From Chloroflexota bacterium (GTDB lineage Bacteria; Chloroflexota; UBA11872; VXOZ01): a DNA stretch of 64,000 bases. Below, piece after piece: positions 1-9,247 of this stretch; position 1 is the stretch's first letter, and every line of letters begins with the position of its first letter. The notes below the pieces were generated by a model, which worked only from the letters and a program-made list of their open reading frames with translations, was not told where the DNA came from and searched no databases. Both the position numbers and the translations under genes were made by a program. The stretch covers positions 960,001 through 1,024,000 of the forward strand of contig OY760183.1 in assembly GCA_963663275.1 (NCBI GenBank), written 5' to 3'.

Positions 1-276
1 TTCCGCGGCAATGAATGGAGACGGCCGGCAGTCTCGGATTATGCGGCGTGGATGAGGCGGTCGTATCGCGGTGATGGAGCGCCGGCCGCGGGTAGAGTGT
101 TCGCGCCGTTGGAGAGTGTAGGCAGGGCGTGCGGGGTGGCGCGCCCGCCCCTCATCGATAACTTGCGCGGCAAGCCTGACCGAGAGTTGCCGAAATCGTA
201 GCGCGCGCAGGGGCAAATCGTCATCTTCTACCAACCGGAAGAAAAGTGTCCGCCGCAGCGATCGATCCCCGCGGCA

Positions 277-1932
277 TTGCAGATATTCGTCATCAACTCG
301 ATAAGCGTCATCTTGCTTATGACGATTGTCGTGCGCGCCTCCGCGCAATCCGACGGGTATTTGGATTGGGTGATCTTCTCCGGACTGGCCCTCACCGGGC
401 TCAGCATCATACTGCACGCGTTCCAGTCCCGCTACTTTGGGTCCGGCCGCCTGATCGTTACGAACTTCAACGTGCCGTTTTTGGCGGCCTCCGCGTTGGC
501 GCTGGCCACGGGCGGGCCGGGGTTGCTGGCAAGCCTGGTCATCTGTTCAACGCTGATGCAATTCGTGCTGACCCTGCGCCTGGCCTCATTTCGCCAGGTA
601 TTTACGCCGGCGGTTACGGGCACCGTGATCATGCTGGTGGCGCTCTCCGCCGTGCCGTTCATCGTGGAACGCACGATCGTGGCGCCGGAGGGCGTGCCGA
701 TGCACATCTATCTGGCGCCCGGCGCGCTGGCGTTGGCGGTTGGCGCCGGCATCTATCTGCGCGGTTCGCAGGCCTTTCGCCTCTGGATATTGCCGATCAC
801 GGTCGTTTCCGGCTTGGCGCTCGCCGTGCCCATGGGCATGTACGACATGGATCATGTGTTGGCGGCCCCCTGGTTCAGCCTGCCGGAGTTTACCTGGCAG
901 GGCTTCAACTTTACCTTTGGCAGAGATTTCTGGCTGCTGCTGCCGGTCTTTCTCTGCGTGAACCTGACGGCCTACCTGAAGACGCTGGGAGACCTCTCGC
1001 TGGTCTATCAGGGGTCGTACCGCAATCCGACGGCGGTCGATCTTCGCACGGTGCAGAGCGGTCTCAACCTCTATGGCGTGAGCACGTTGGTGACCGGCGT
1101 GCTGGGAACGCTGCCGGTGACCGCGCCCTGGGCGGTCACGGTGGTGTACGTCAGCTTTACCGGTGTCGCGGCCAAGATCGTGGGGATATACTTGGGCCTC
1201 TTTACCATAGCGCTCGCGCCGCTATCCAAGCTGATCGCCCTCTTGGTTGCCATTCCCAGCCCGGTGGTGAGCGCGGTGTACGTGGTCATCTTCGGCATGC
1301 TCTTCGCCGAGGGCGCGAAAACCGCCTTCGGCGGCAAACCCGACCCCATACAGTTCGGGATTGCGGGTGTCTCGCTGGTTATGGGAATGACGGCCGGGAG
1401 CTTTGCCAGACTCCTGGCAGGCGTCGGCGAGGAACTGATAAGCAACGCGGTCGTCGTCGGCGGGGCGGTGGCCCTGGGCATGACGGTGTTCGCGCAGGTG
1501 ACGCGCCAGCGGCCCAAGCAGTTGCAGGTGGACCTGGAACCGGCCTCTTTGCCGGAAATCGACGGCTTTCTCGATGAATTCGCCTCAAGCCAAGGCTGGA
1601 CGGATGAGTCGGCCCAGCGGCTGCGCCTGGTAGGCGAAGAAGTGGCTTTGACATTCCTGGAAGAAGGCAATGATGAGGAAGCGGAACTAGTGAAGCGTAC
1701 GGTGGTTGCTACCGTGCAGCCGGAAGAAGAGTCCGCCGAGCTTGAATTCGTCGTCTTTACGGACGACACGGTCACGGGAAACATCGAAGACCAGATGGCC
1801 TACCTCAACGAGGACACCGCGGTCGAGGAAGCCCAGGAGTTCTCGATGCGCATCCTGCAGCACTACGCGGCCTCGGTGCGCCACCGCAAGTACCATGGGA
1901 TCGACGTCGTTGCCGTCCGAGTCGACAGCTAG
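277..1932 (+). CDS. NCS2 (xanthine/uracil permease) family transporter with a C-terminal soluble RsbW/HATPase-like domain
   Basis: About 400 hydrophobic residues with NCS2-like segments (FTPAVTGTVIMLVAL, LVAIPSPVVSAVYVVIFGML), then an acidic ~140-aa tail (EIDGFLDEFA...RLRLVGEEVAL). The true start may lie slightly upstream. Confidence 0.8.
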   Translation: MQIFVINSISVILLMTIVVRASAQSDGYLDWVIFSGLALTGLSIILHAFQSRYFGSGRLIVTNFNVPFLAASALALATGGPGLLASLVICSTLMQFVLTLRLASFRQVFTPAVTGTVIMLVALSAVPFIVERTIVAPEGVPMHIYLAPGALALAVGAGIYLRGSQAFRLWILPITVVSGLALAVPMGMYDMDHVLAAPWFSLPEFTWQGFNFTFGRDFWLLLPVFLCVNLTAYLKTLGDLSLVYQGSYRNPTAVDLRTVQSGLNLYGVSTLVTGVLGTLPVTAPWAVTVVYVSFTGVAAKIVGIYLGLFTIALAPLSKLIALLVAIPSPVVSAVYVVIFGMLFAEGAKTAFGGKPDPIQFGIAGVSLVMGMTAGSFARLLAGVGEELISNAVVVGGAVALGMTVFAQVTRQRPKQLQVDLEPASLPEIDGFLDEFASSQGWTDESAQRLRLVGEEVALTFLEEGNDEEAELVKRTVVATVQPEEESAELEFVVFTDDTVTGNIEDQMAYLNEDTAVEEAQEFSMRILQHYAASVRHRKYHGIDVVAVRVDS

Positions 1933-1953
1933 CGCGCGCGGCCGCCGGACGCG

Positions 1954-3024
1954 CTAGCGTGCTTGCAAAGCGCGCACCACGGCGGCGGTGACCTCTTGCG
2001 TGGTGGCCGCCCCGCCCAGGTCCGGCGTGCGCGCGGCGCCGCTTGCCGTTACCGCTTCCATGGCGTCCATCACCAGTTCCCCCGCCTCGCGCTCGCCAAG
2101 AAACTCCAGCATCATCGCCCCGGCCCAGATGGCGGCCAGCGGATTGGCGATGCCTTGGCCGTGGATGTCCGGCGCGGAGCCGTGCACCGGCTCGAACATG
2201 GCCGGATGGCGGCGGGTGGGGTCGATGTTGGCGCTGGGCGGCAACCCCAAACTCCCTTGCAATGCCCCGCCCAGGTCGGTCAGGATGTCGGCAAAGAGGT
2301 TTGAGGCCACCACCACGTCGAATGACTCCGGATGGGTCACGAAGCGCGCCGCCGCGGCGTCCACGTGGTACTTACTGGTTTGAATGTCCGGATATTCTTG
2401 TGCCACGGACGAAAAAACTTCGTCCCAGAAGACCATGTTGTACTGCATGGCGTTGGACTTGGTGATGCTGGTGACGCCGGCGCGCCCGTGTGACCGGGCG
2501 TAGTCGAAGGCGTAGCGGATGATGCGCTCCACCGCCGTGCGGGTGAAGACGATATTCTGCAACGCCACCTCGTGGTCCGTGCCCACGTGCACGCGCCCGC
2601 CCACGCCGGAATACTCGCCTTCGGTGTTTTCCCGCACGCAGACGAAGTCGATCTCCTCAGGCCCTTTGCCGCGCAGCGGGCCGTCTATGCCCCGCAGCAG
2701 CTTGATGGGACGCAGGTTGACGTACTGCCGAAATGCCTTGCGAATCGGCAGCAGCAAGCCCCAGAGCGAGACGTGATCGGGCACCGTGGGGTAGCCTACC
2801 GCGCCCAGATAGATTGCCTGGAATTGCTCCAAAGTCTGGAGCGCGTCCGCCGGCATCATGCGGCCGTGTTCCAGATAGTACGCGCAGCCCCAAGGCAGGT
2901 CGGTGTATTTCAGCCGAAAGCCGCCGGTCACGGCGCCGGCGGCGTCGAGCGCCTGCTTCCCGGATTCGATTACGTCCGGTCCGATGCCGTCCCCGCCGAT
3001 AACGGCGATTTCATAGGTCCGCAT
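1954..3024 (-). CDS. Tartrate/D-malate dehydrogenase (beta-decarboxylating dehydrogenase family)
   Basis: IAVIGGDGIGP, VPDHVSLWGLLLPIR, VRENTEGEYSG, TKSNA, SNLFADILTDL, FEPVHGSAPDI. Confidence 0.9.
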   Translation of the reverse strand: MRTYEIAVIGGDGIGPDVIESGKQALDAAGAVTGGFRLKYTDLPWGCAYYLEHGRMMPADALQTLEQFQAIYLGAVGYPTVPDHVSLWGLLLPIRKAFRQYVNLRPIKLLRGIDGPLRGKGPEEIDFVCVRENTEGEYSGVGGRVHVGTDHEVALQNIVFTRTAVERIIRYAFDYARSHGRAGVTSITKSNAMQYNMVFWDEVFSSVAQEYPDIQTSKYHVDAAAARFVTHPESFDVVVASNLFADILTDLGGALQGSLGLPPSANIDPTRRHPAMFEPVHGSAPDIHGQGIANPLAAIWAGAMMLEFLGEREAGELVMDAMEAVTASGAARTPDLGGAATTQEVTAAVVRALQAR

Positions 3025-3149
3025 TTGGGCTAGTCCTCCTCATTTCGTGGTCGTGGGGTGTTCCAAGTCTGAATGTTCATGTGAATGGCGCCAATGCGCA
3101 TGGCGCGGGCCGCGCGGGTTTCGCCGCGCTCATCCGCATTCGGCCTCAG

Positions 3150-3348
3150 CGTAGCGCGGGGGCTTGTCCCCAATACTGTCGCATTAACGTAGCGCGGGGG
3201 CTTGTCCCCCGCCGGAACAAGAAAAATGAGAACGGAATGGATTGACCTTACGGAAGACGCAGGTTACAAACCTGCGCTACCGGAGAAACGAGCGTTGTTT
3301 TCACTCTCATTGTGTTTAATGCGACAGCATTGGGGCTTGTCCCCCGCC
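3150..3348 (+). mobile_element. MITE-A copy 1 (162 bp, 3171-3332) inserted in a GTAG-REP
   Basis: Inverted ends CAATACTGTCGCATTAA and TTAATGCGACAGCATTG (16/17 match). GGGCTTGTCCC is duplicated at 3160-3170 and 3333-3343. Identical to 50046-50207. Confidence 0.85.
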
Positions 3349-3486
3349 GCCGCGCGGCAGACCCACACGCGCTTGGGCGCAAGCCGCCCACTGCCTCCGT
3401 ACGGCGCCCCGCGTCCATGCTATTCTATACGGAACAGCGAGCGCCAACGCGGTGATTGCGCTCTCTCCACGCGAAACCTAACGGCC

Positions 3487-4164
3487 ATGGATAAGCACAC
3501 ACCCTATTATGAACTGTTGGAGGCAATTCGCCAGTCCGGCTGCCCGGTCTGCCGGCTGGCGATCCGCAGCGGCGACCGCTTTCTGGAAACCTACTCCTAC
3601 GAGCACGTCAACGACATCGAGATCCGCGAACTGGTGCGCGCGGCCAAGGGCTTCTGCCACCATCACACCTGGCGGCTCTTCCACAAGCACAGCCCGCTGG
3701 GCACGGCCCTGACCTACTTCGACATACTCGGCGAGGCGTCCCAGCAAATCGCCGCGGCCAGGGAGCGGCAGGGTCTTCTGAGCAGCCTGGCCGGGCGCGT
3801 GCGCAAAGGGCTGACGCCCCAGGGAACCTGCCTGGGCTGCGACGCGCAGGGCAATGCCGAGCAGCGCCACCTGGGGTTGCTGGTGGAAACCTTGCGCGGT
3901 GATCGTGAGGGCCAGGAGACGTACGCACGTTCCGACGGCCTCTGCCTGCTCCACCTGCGTACCGCGCTGCGCTCCCGCCCCGGGCGCGAGGCGACGGATA
4001 TCCTGCTGCGCGTGCAGGAGAAGCGCATCGCCGCCGTGCGCGAACAGATGAGCGAGATCGTGCGCAAAGCCGACTACCGGGTGAAAGACCGGGTGACGGC
4101 GGACGACATCGCCAGCCTGCCCGCGGCCCTCGCGCAGGTGGTGGGACAGGAAGCGTTGGACTGA
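3487..4164 (+). CDS. DUF6062-like Cys/His-motif protein
   Basis: Two repeats of CxxC...CxxH (GCPVC...GFCHHH; CLGC...GLCLLH). ATG at 3487; the upstream ORF extension is MITE sequence. Confidence 0.7.
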   Translation: MDKHTPYYELLEAIRQSGCPVCRLAIRSGDRFLETYSYEHVNDIEIRELVRAAKGFCHHHTWRLFHKHSPLGTALTYFDILGEASQQIAAARERQGLLSSLAGRVRKGLTPQGTCLGCDAQGNAEQRHLGLLVETLRGDREGQETYARSDGLCLLHLRTALRSRPGREATDILLRVQEKRIAAVREQMSEIVRKADYRVKDRVTADDIASLPAALAQVVGQEALD

Positions 4165-4207
4165 TTCCGTCGCGGATGCGGAGTGTAGTTGGGGGAGAAG
4201 AAGAGAT

Positions 4208-4903
4208 ATGCGATACGAGCGTATGCTGCCCGCCGAGATCGAGGAGCAATTGCGGTCGCGGCCCATCGCCATTCTGCCCTGGGGCGCGTTCGAGTGGCAC
4301 GGCTACCACATGGCAATCGGACAGGACGCGCTGAAAGCCCAGGGCATCGCCGACCGTTGCGCGGAAGCGGCCGGCGCGCTCTCCCTGCCGGTGGTGTGGT
4401 GCGGCTTCCAGACTATGAAGCCCCACGCCGGTTTCAAGCACACGCTGGAGTTTCGCGACGAGACCGTGCGCACGCTGGCGCGCGAGTTCATCGAGCAACT
4501 GGACGACGAGGGTTTCAAGGTGATCGTCATCATCACCGGGCACTACGGCTCGCTGCACGTGCGCGGCCTCAAAGAGGTGGCCGAGTGGTACGAACGCAAT
4601 CATCCCGGCGTGCGGGTCTGGGCGTTCCCGGAATACGAGGTGGTGAAAGATCTCGGCTACACCGGCGACCACGCCGGCAAGTGGGAAACCTCCATCTTCA
4701 TGCACCTGCACCCGGAACTCACCGACATGAGCCGCTACCGCACGGACCTGACCATGAAAGAACAGGGCTGCGGCGGCGAAGACCCCTCTGTGCACGCTTC
4801 AGCGGAGCTTGGCGAGATGATCGTCAATGCCATCGTGGAGCGGGTGGCGGCGCGCTGCGGCGAACTGCTGGCTGAGGTGGAAGAATCCAACACCGGCGCA
4901 TAG
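4208..4903 (+). CDS. Creatininase family protein
   Basis: PWGAFEWHGYHMAIGQD, ITGHYG, DHAGKWETS. Confidence 0.9.
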   Translation: MRYERMLPAEIEEQLRSRPIAILPWGAFEWHGYHMAIGQDALKAQGIADRCAEAAGALSLPVVWCGFQTMKPHAGFKHTLEFRDETVRTLAREFIEQLDDEGFKVIVIITGHYGSLHVRGLKEVAEWYERNHPGVRVWAFPEYEVVKDLGYTGDHAGKWETSIFMHLHPELTDMSRYRTDLTMKEQGCGGEDPSVHASAELGEMIVNAIVERVAARCGELLAEVEESNTGA

Positions 4904-4922
4904 CGCGCAACCGGAGCGCCGC

Positions 4923-5474
4923 TTACAGCCGTCCGTCGCACGTGTCGGCGGCCCACAGTCCCCGGCCGGCGGCGCGCGCCTCCGCTTCCGCCGCCTGGAA
5001 CGCGCTCTGGTACCGGTATGGCGCGCTGTAGGTGAATTCACGCGCGTAGCCCTGGCGCACCAGCCACTCGTTCACGTGCGTGTCGCCGACCCAGACGTAG
5101 GCCAGCAGCCGGTCGTAGCGGTCGCGCCGGCCCTGGGAGGCGTCGAACTCCAGGCGCACGGTCTGCCCGGCCAGCAGCGCCTCGGCCTGCGCGCCGGCCT
5201 GGGAACCGAAGCACTGCGCCGGCCGCCCCGGCGCGTTCGTTTCCGGCGCGTCGATGCCGATGAGGCGCACGCTCTCGACCTTGCCGTTCATGCGCACGTT
5301 CACGGTATCGCCGTCTACGACAGAGACAACCCGATAGCTGCCGTCCGCGCCGCCGCAGGTTCTGTGCGCGAACACGGCAATGAGCAGCGCCGCAGCCAAC
5401 AGCGCGAAACCGCGTCCGCTCACGAGACGCCCCGCCGCTCTTCGCGCTATGCGCCGCCGCCGCGCTCGCCGCAC
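4923..5474 (-). CDS. Thermonuclease (SNase family), secreted or membrane-anchored
   Basis: VVDGDT, VRLIGIDAPE, DRYDRLLAYV, GRGLW; N-terminal hydrophobic segment. Confidence 0.92.
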   Translation of the reverse strand: MRRARRRRIARRAAGRLVSGRGFALLAAALLIAVFAHRTCGGADGSYRVVSVVDGDTVNVRMNGKVESVRLIGIDAPETNAPGRPAQCFGSQAGAQAEALLAGQTVRLEFDASQGRRDRYDRLLAYVWVGDTHVNEWLVRQGYAREFTYSAPYRYQSAFQAAEAEARAAGRGLWAADTCDGRL

Positions 5475-5621
5475 GTGCTCTACCTTTCACGAGGTTGGAT
5501 CACGTGCCAATACTAGCAGCAATGGGTGAACGCGGTGAGCCAGCAGGCGCGGCCAGCACACTGGTCGTTGGCTGCGGCCTGTGGCTGTACGCCGTCGGAA
5601 ACCGCAAGTGATGTCCTAGGC

Positions 5622-6626
5622 TCAGGCCATCCGGTCGTACGTTTCCAGCGTAATCGAGTAGCGCAGCGGCTCGTCGCGCAGGAAGCGTTCTAATTCGTCC
5701 ACCATGGCCGCGCCCTGGCGCATGCGCGTATCGTCGGCCTGGCCCGCCATGTGGGGCGTCAGGAAGACGTTTTCCATGCCGCGCAGCGGGCTATCCGGGG
5801 GCAGCGGCTCTGGGTTGAACACGTCCAGCACCGCGCGAATGCGGCCGGTAGCCAGTTCGGCAATCATGGCGTCCTGGTCTACGGCCCGCGCCCGGGCGTT
5901 GTTGACGAACACCGCGCCGTCTGGCAGCGACTGGAAGTGCTCTGTCGTCACCATGCCGTCGGTTTCCGGGGTGGTGGGCGCGTGATTGGCGATGACGCTG
6001 CACGTACTGAAGAGTTCTTCCAGGGAAACCCGCGTGACGCCGAGTTCAGCCGCGCGTTCATCCGGCAGATACGGGTCGTAGACGCTGATCGGCATGCCAA
6101 AGCCCTGTAGCTTGGTTATCACGCGCCGCGCCACGTAGCCGCAGCCAATCAGGCCCACGCGCTGCGCTTCCAGCAGATGGCCGCCGGTGGCGCGGGTCTC
6201 CGACCAGGGCCTGCCCTCATGCATCCAGGCGTTCTGGCGGTGCGGCCAGCGCAGCCCCAGCAACATGCCGAACACCGTGAATTCCGCCACCGCTTCCGCA
6301 ATCAACGGCGCGGCGTGGGTGACGGCAATGCCTTGCGCCAGCGCCGCCTTGGGGATGAGACGCCGGACGCTGCCGGCGCTGTGGGCGATGATGCGCAAGT
6401 CGCGCGCGGCTTCCAAGACTGCGGGCGTGATATCCGGCGTGCCCCAGCCGGTGAGCAAGGCCGTGCAGCCGCCGATGCGTTCCGCCAGGTCCGCGCTCGT
6501 TAGCCTGTCGTCATGGTCGCCGCCGCGCACTTTGAAGGCCGCGGCCAGGCGCTCCTCGCTCTCCGGTGAGAAGAGGCTTTGGCGCAAGGTCTGGGTGATG
6601 GCGATGAATACTTCCGGTTTCGGCAC
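5622..6626 (-). CDS. D-2-hydroxyacid dehydrogenase (phosphoglycerate dehydrogenase-like)
   Basis: VGLIGCGYVA, FVNNARARAVD, AVLDVFNPEPL, FLTPHMAG. Confidence 0.9.
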   Translation of the reverse strand: MPKPEVFIAITQTLRQSLFSPESEERLAAAFKVRGGDHDDRLTSADLAERIGGCTALLTGWGTPDITPAVLEAARDLRIIAHSAGSVRRLIPKAALAQGIAVTHAAPLIAEAVAEFTVFGMLLGLRWPHRQNAWMHEGRPWSETRATGGHLLEAQRVGLIGCGYVARRVITKLQGFGMPISVYDPYLPDERAAELGVTRVSLEELFSTCSVIANHAPTTPETDGMVTTEHFQSLPDGAVFVNNARARAVDQDAMIAELATGRIRAVLDVFNPEPLPPDSPLRGMENVFLTPHMAGQADDTRMRQGAAMVDELERFLRDEPLRYSITLETYDRMA

Positions 6627-6712
6627 TGGATTACTCTCCCTGATGCGGCGACGGTGGAGTCAGGTTGTGTATCCCGTATGCTAACAGAAACGGCGGTTGG
6701 GGGATGCGCAGG

Positions 6713-6830
6713 CCGCCTGCGCGCCGCGCCTAACCGCCTGCGCGCCGTGCCGTAACCGCCTGCGCGCCGTGCCGTAACCGCCTGCGCGCCGTGCCGTAAC
6801 CGCCTGCGCGCCGTGCCGTACCGCCTGCCG
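6713..6830. repeat. 22-bp tandem repeat (TAACCGCCTGCGCGCCGTGCCG), about 5 copies
   Basis: Directly visible tandem units, degenerate at both ends. Confidence 0.9.
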
Positions 6831-6866
6831 CGCAAGGATGGCCCGGTGCGGTCGCATTGTAATCCG

Positions 6867-6900
6867 CCGGTAGGGGCACGACATGTCGTGCCCCTACCGG
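6867..6900. repeat. REP family B: perfect palindrome with core GTAGGGGCACGACATGTCGTGCCCCTAC
   Basis: Same core recurs at 12518-12559, 21112-21153 and 47210-47239. Confidence 0.9.
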
Positions 6901-6915
6901 TGCCGCGCGACGGCG

Positions 6916-7136
6916 CGCAACACCACCCACGCGATGCCCCGCGCGCAACGGCACGCAACGCGCCCCGCGCGGCGGCACGCAACACCATCTGCGCGGTGGC
7001 AAGCAACGCGCCCCTCACTGCGGCAGGCAACGCGCCCCGCACGGCGGCACCCAACACCACCTGCGCGGTGGCAGGCAGCACCACCGGCGCAACGGCACAC
7101 AACATCACCCCCCGCAACGGCGCGCAACGCGCCACC
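6916..7136. repeat. Degenerate 24-bp tandem repeat (NNCAAC...NNGGCA), about 7-8 copies
   Basis: Units such as CGCAACGCGCCCCGCGCGGCGGCA, CGCAACACCATCTGCGCGGTGGCA and CCCAACACCACCTGCGCGGTGGCA. Confidence 0.75.
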
Positions 7137-7267
7137 CCCGGTCGGCGCGGCCTTACCGCTCTATACCGGCGCACTCCATCGGCTCGCGATTTCCTTGACT
7201 ACGACCATATCCTCTTGTATGCTTACTTAGGTAGTTGAATCTGCATTAAATTGAGGAGGAGGACGCA

Positions 7268-8548
7268 ATGTCGCGTTACGTGCAAGCGTTGAAGCTATTG
7301 CTCGCGGCCAGCCTGCTTTTGCTGGCGGCGTGCGCCAGCGAGCCGGCCGCGGCGCCGGAAGCTACGGAAGAAGAAGCCCCGGCCGCCGCCCCGGTCAAGA
7401 TTGGCGTGCTGCTGCCCTTTACCGGTCCGCTGGGCGAATTTGGCGCGGCCTTCCAGAAGGCGGCGGCGCTGGCCGAAGAGCACCTGGCGCAGGGCGGCTA
7501 TCCGGTTGAAATCGTCTATGGCGATACCGAAACCAACCCCACAGCGGCTGTCGAGGCCGCCCGCAAGCTGGTGGACGTGGACCAGGTGCACGCGGTGATT
7601 GGCGCCGCGGCCAGCAGTTCCAGTCTGGCGGTGGCTGAGGCGGTGACCATCCCCAAGGGCGTGCCGCAGATTTCGTACGCCTCTACGTCCCCGCTGCTTA
7701 CCATCCTGCCCGCCGACGAGGGCCAGGACTTCCTCTTCCGCACGGTGCCCTCTGACGCGCTGCAAGGCGTGGTGCTGGCGGGCGTGGCGGTGGAGCAGGG
7801 CTACAGCAACGTGGCCATTCTCTACGTCAACAACCCCTACGGCCAGGGCTTGAAGGATAATTTCCAGGCCGCGTTCGAGGCGGCGGGCGGCACGGTGAGC
7901 GCCGCGGTGCCCCACGACGAAGCGGAAGCCACCACCTACGTGGCGGAACTGCGCAAGGCGATTGAGGGCGAGCCGGAAGTGCTGCTGGCGCTGAGCTACG
8001 CCGGCCACGCTACCATCTACCTGCGCGAAGCCATCGAGAACGACTTCATCACCAAGTTCCTCTTCGTGGACGGCACCAAGTCTCAGGAAATCATCGAGGC
8101 CGTGGGCGCGGAGAACTTGGAAGGTATGCTCGGCACGGCACCCGGCTCGGCCGACACCCCGTCGCTGGAACTCTTCACGGCGGACTATCAGGCCATGTAC
8201 GGTGAGTTGCCGCCGCTGCCGTTCATGACCAACGTCTACGATTCGATTGTCATCGCGGCGCTGGCGGCGCTGGCGGTGGAGGTTTCCGGCGCGGAGGTTA
8301 CGCCGGCCGCGGTGCGCGACATGCTGCGCACGGTCGCCAATCCTGACGGCGACGCGGCGGCGGCCGGCGCGGCCGGAGTGAAGGCGGCCATCGAGGCCGT
8401 CCGCGCCGGCAATAGCATCAACTACGAAGGCGCCGCGGGCGCGCACGACTTCGACGCCAACGGCGACGTGGCTACGCCGATCGAGGTTTGGAAGTACGCC
8501 GGCGGCAGCATCGAAAGCGTCCGCATGGAAGAGGTCACGGTAGAGTAG
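7268..8548 (+). CDS. Branched-chain amino-acid ABC substrate-binding lipoprotein (LivJ/K-like), orphan
   Basis: RBS GAGGAGG, lipobox LAAC, VKIGVLLPFTG, QISYASTSP, FRTVPSD, FDANGD. Confidence 0.9.
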   Translation: MSRYVQALKLLLAASLLLLAACASEPAAAPEATEEEAPAAAPVKIGVLLPFTGPLGEFGAAFQKAAALAEEHLAQGGYPVEIVYGDTETNPTAAVEAARKLVDVDQVHAVIGAAASSSSLAVAEAVTIPKGVPQISYASTSPLLTILPADEGQDFLFRTVPSDALQGVVLAGVAVEQGYSNVAILYVNNPYGQGLKDNFQAAFEAAGGTVSAAVPHDEAEATTYVAELRKAIEGEPEVLLALSYAGHATIYLREAIENDFITKFLFVDGTKSQEIIEAVGAENLEGMLGTAPGSADTPSLELFTADYQAMYGELPPLPFMTNVYDSIVIAALAALAVEVSGAEVTPAAVRDMLRTVANPDGDAAAAGAAGVKAAIEAVRAGNSINYEGAAGAHDFDANGDVATPIEVWKYAGGSIESVRMEEVTVE

Positions 8549-8580
8549 CCGGTCCTTGGAACAGTTTGGGCGAATTCGAT

Positions 8581-8615
8581 GGAGGGCTGGCATACCGCCA
8601 GCCCTCCGTGATTTC
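8581..8615 (+). terminator. Putative terminator hairpin
   Basis: GGAGGGCTGGC-ATACC-GCCAGCCCTCC after the binding-protein gene; weak U tract. Confidence 0.45.
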
Positions 8616-8668
8616 CTGGCAGTCGTAACCCTTTAGGCCGTTATCCCTGGTCGATTACTGCCAAAGAG

Positions 8669-8925
8669 CGTTCATGCTTCGACAAGCTCAGCACGAACGG
8701 TTATGTGCGTTCTGACCCCCCTGAATTCAAGCGCAACAGAGTTGTAGCGGGGGCTTGTCGCAAATGCTGTCGCGTTACCGTAGCGCGAGGGCCTATCGCA
8801 ATTGCTGTCGCATTACCGTAGCGCGGGGGCTTGTCCCCCGCTCCGGGTTCGAGAGCGAGATAGCCCAGGAGCGCGGTGGCTAATCGCAAATACTGTCGCG
8901 TTCCCGTAGCGCGAGGGCTTGTCCC
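8669..8925. repeat. Mosaic repeat cluster: a TTCGACAAGCTCAGCACGAACGG arm plus several 'MITE left end + GTAG-REP' units
   Basis: Repeated AAT(A/G)CTGTCGC..CCGTAGCGCG..GGGCTTGTC units. Confidence 0.7.
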
Positions 8926-9103
8926 TAATGCTGTCGCATTAGACGCGATGAACATGAAAAATACGCTCGTCTCTCCAGTAGCGCAGGTTCGCACGGGAGG
9001 TGCGCATAACCTGCGTATTCCGTAAGGTCAGTCCATTCCGTTCTCACTTTGCTTGTTCCGGCGGGGGACAAGCCCCCCGCGCTACGTATACGAGGCAGTA
9101 TTT
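8926..9103 (-). mobile_element. MITE-A copy 2 (178 bp, reversed, more degenerate)
   Basis: Ends TAATGCTGTCGCATTAG and TATACGAGGCAGTATTT; GGGCTTGTCCC at 8915-8925 and 9104-9114. Confidence 0.8.
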
Positions 9104-9247
9104 GGGCTTGTCCCCCGCTCCGGGTTCGAGTGCGAGACAAGCCGCGAGGTGCCACGCCAACGCTCCGCAAAGTCTATAATCAAGGGAGAAGTACGTGCCC
9201 TGAACCACTTCACCAAGAGCAGCAGCGATTAGAGGAGATACCACCGC

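Noticed and set aside
3202-3486. Recurring peptide MSPAGTRKMRTEWIDLTEDAG as a protein family (also 50077, 18579)
   Set aside because: It is a translation of the MITE-A interior, and the frame is not preserved among copies.
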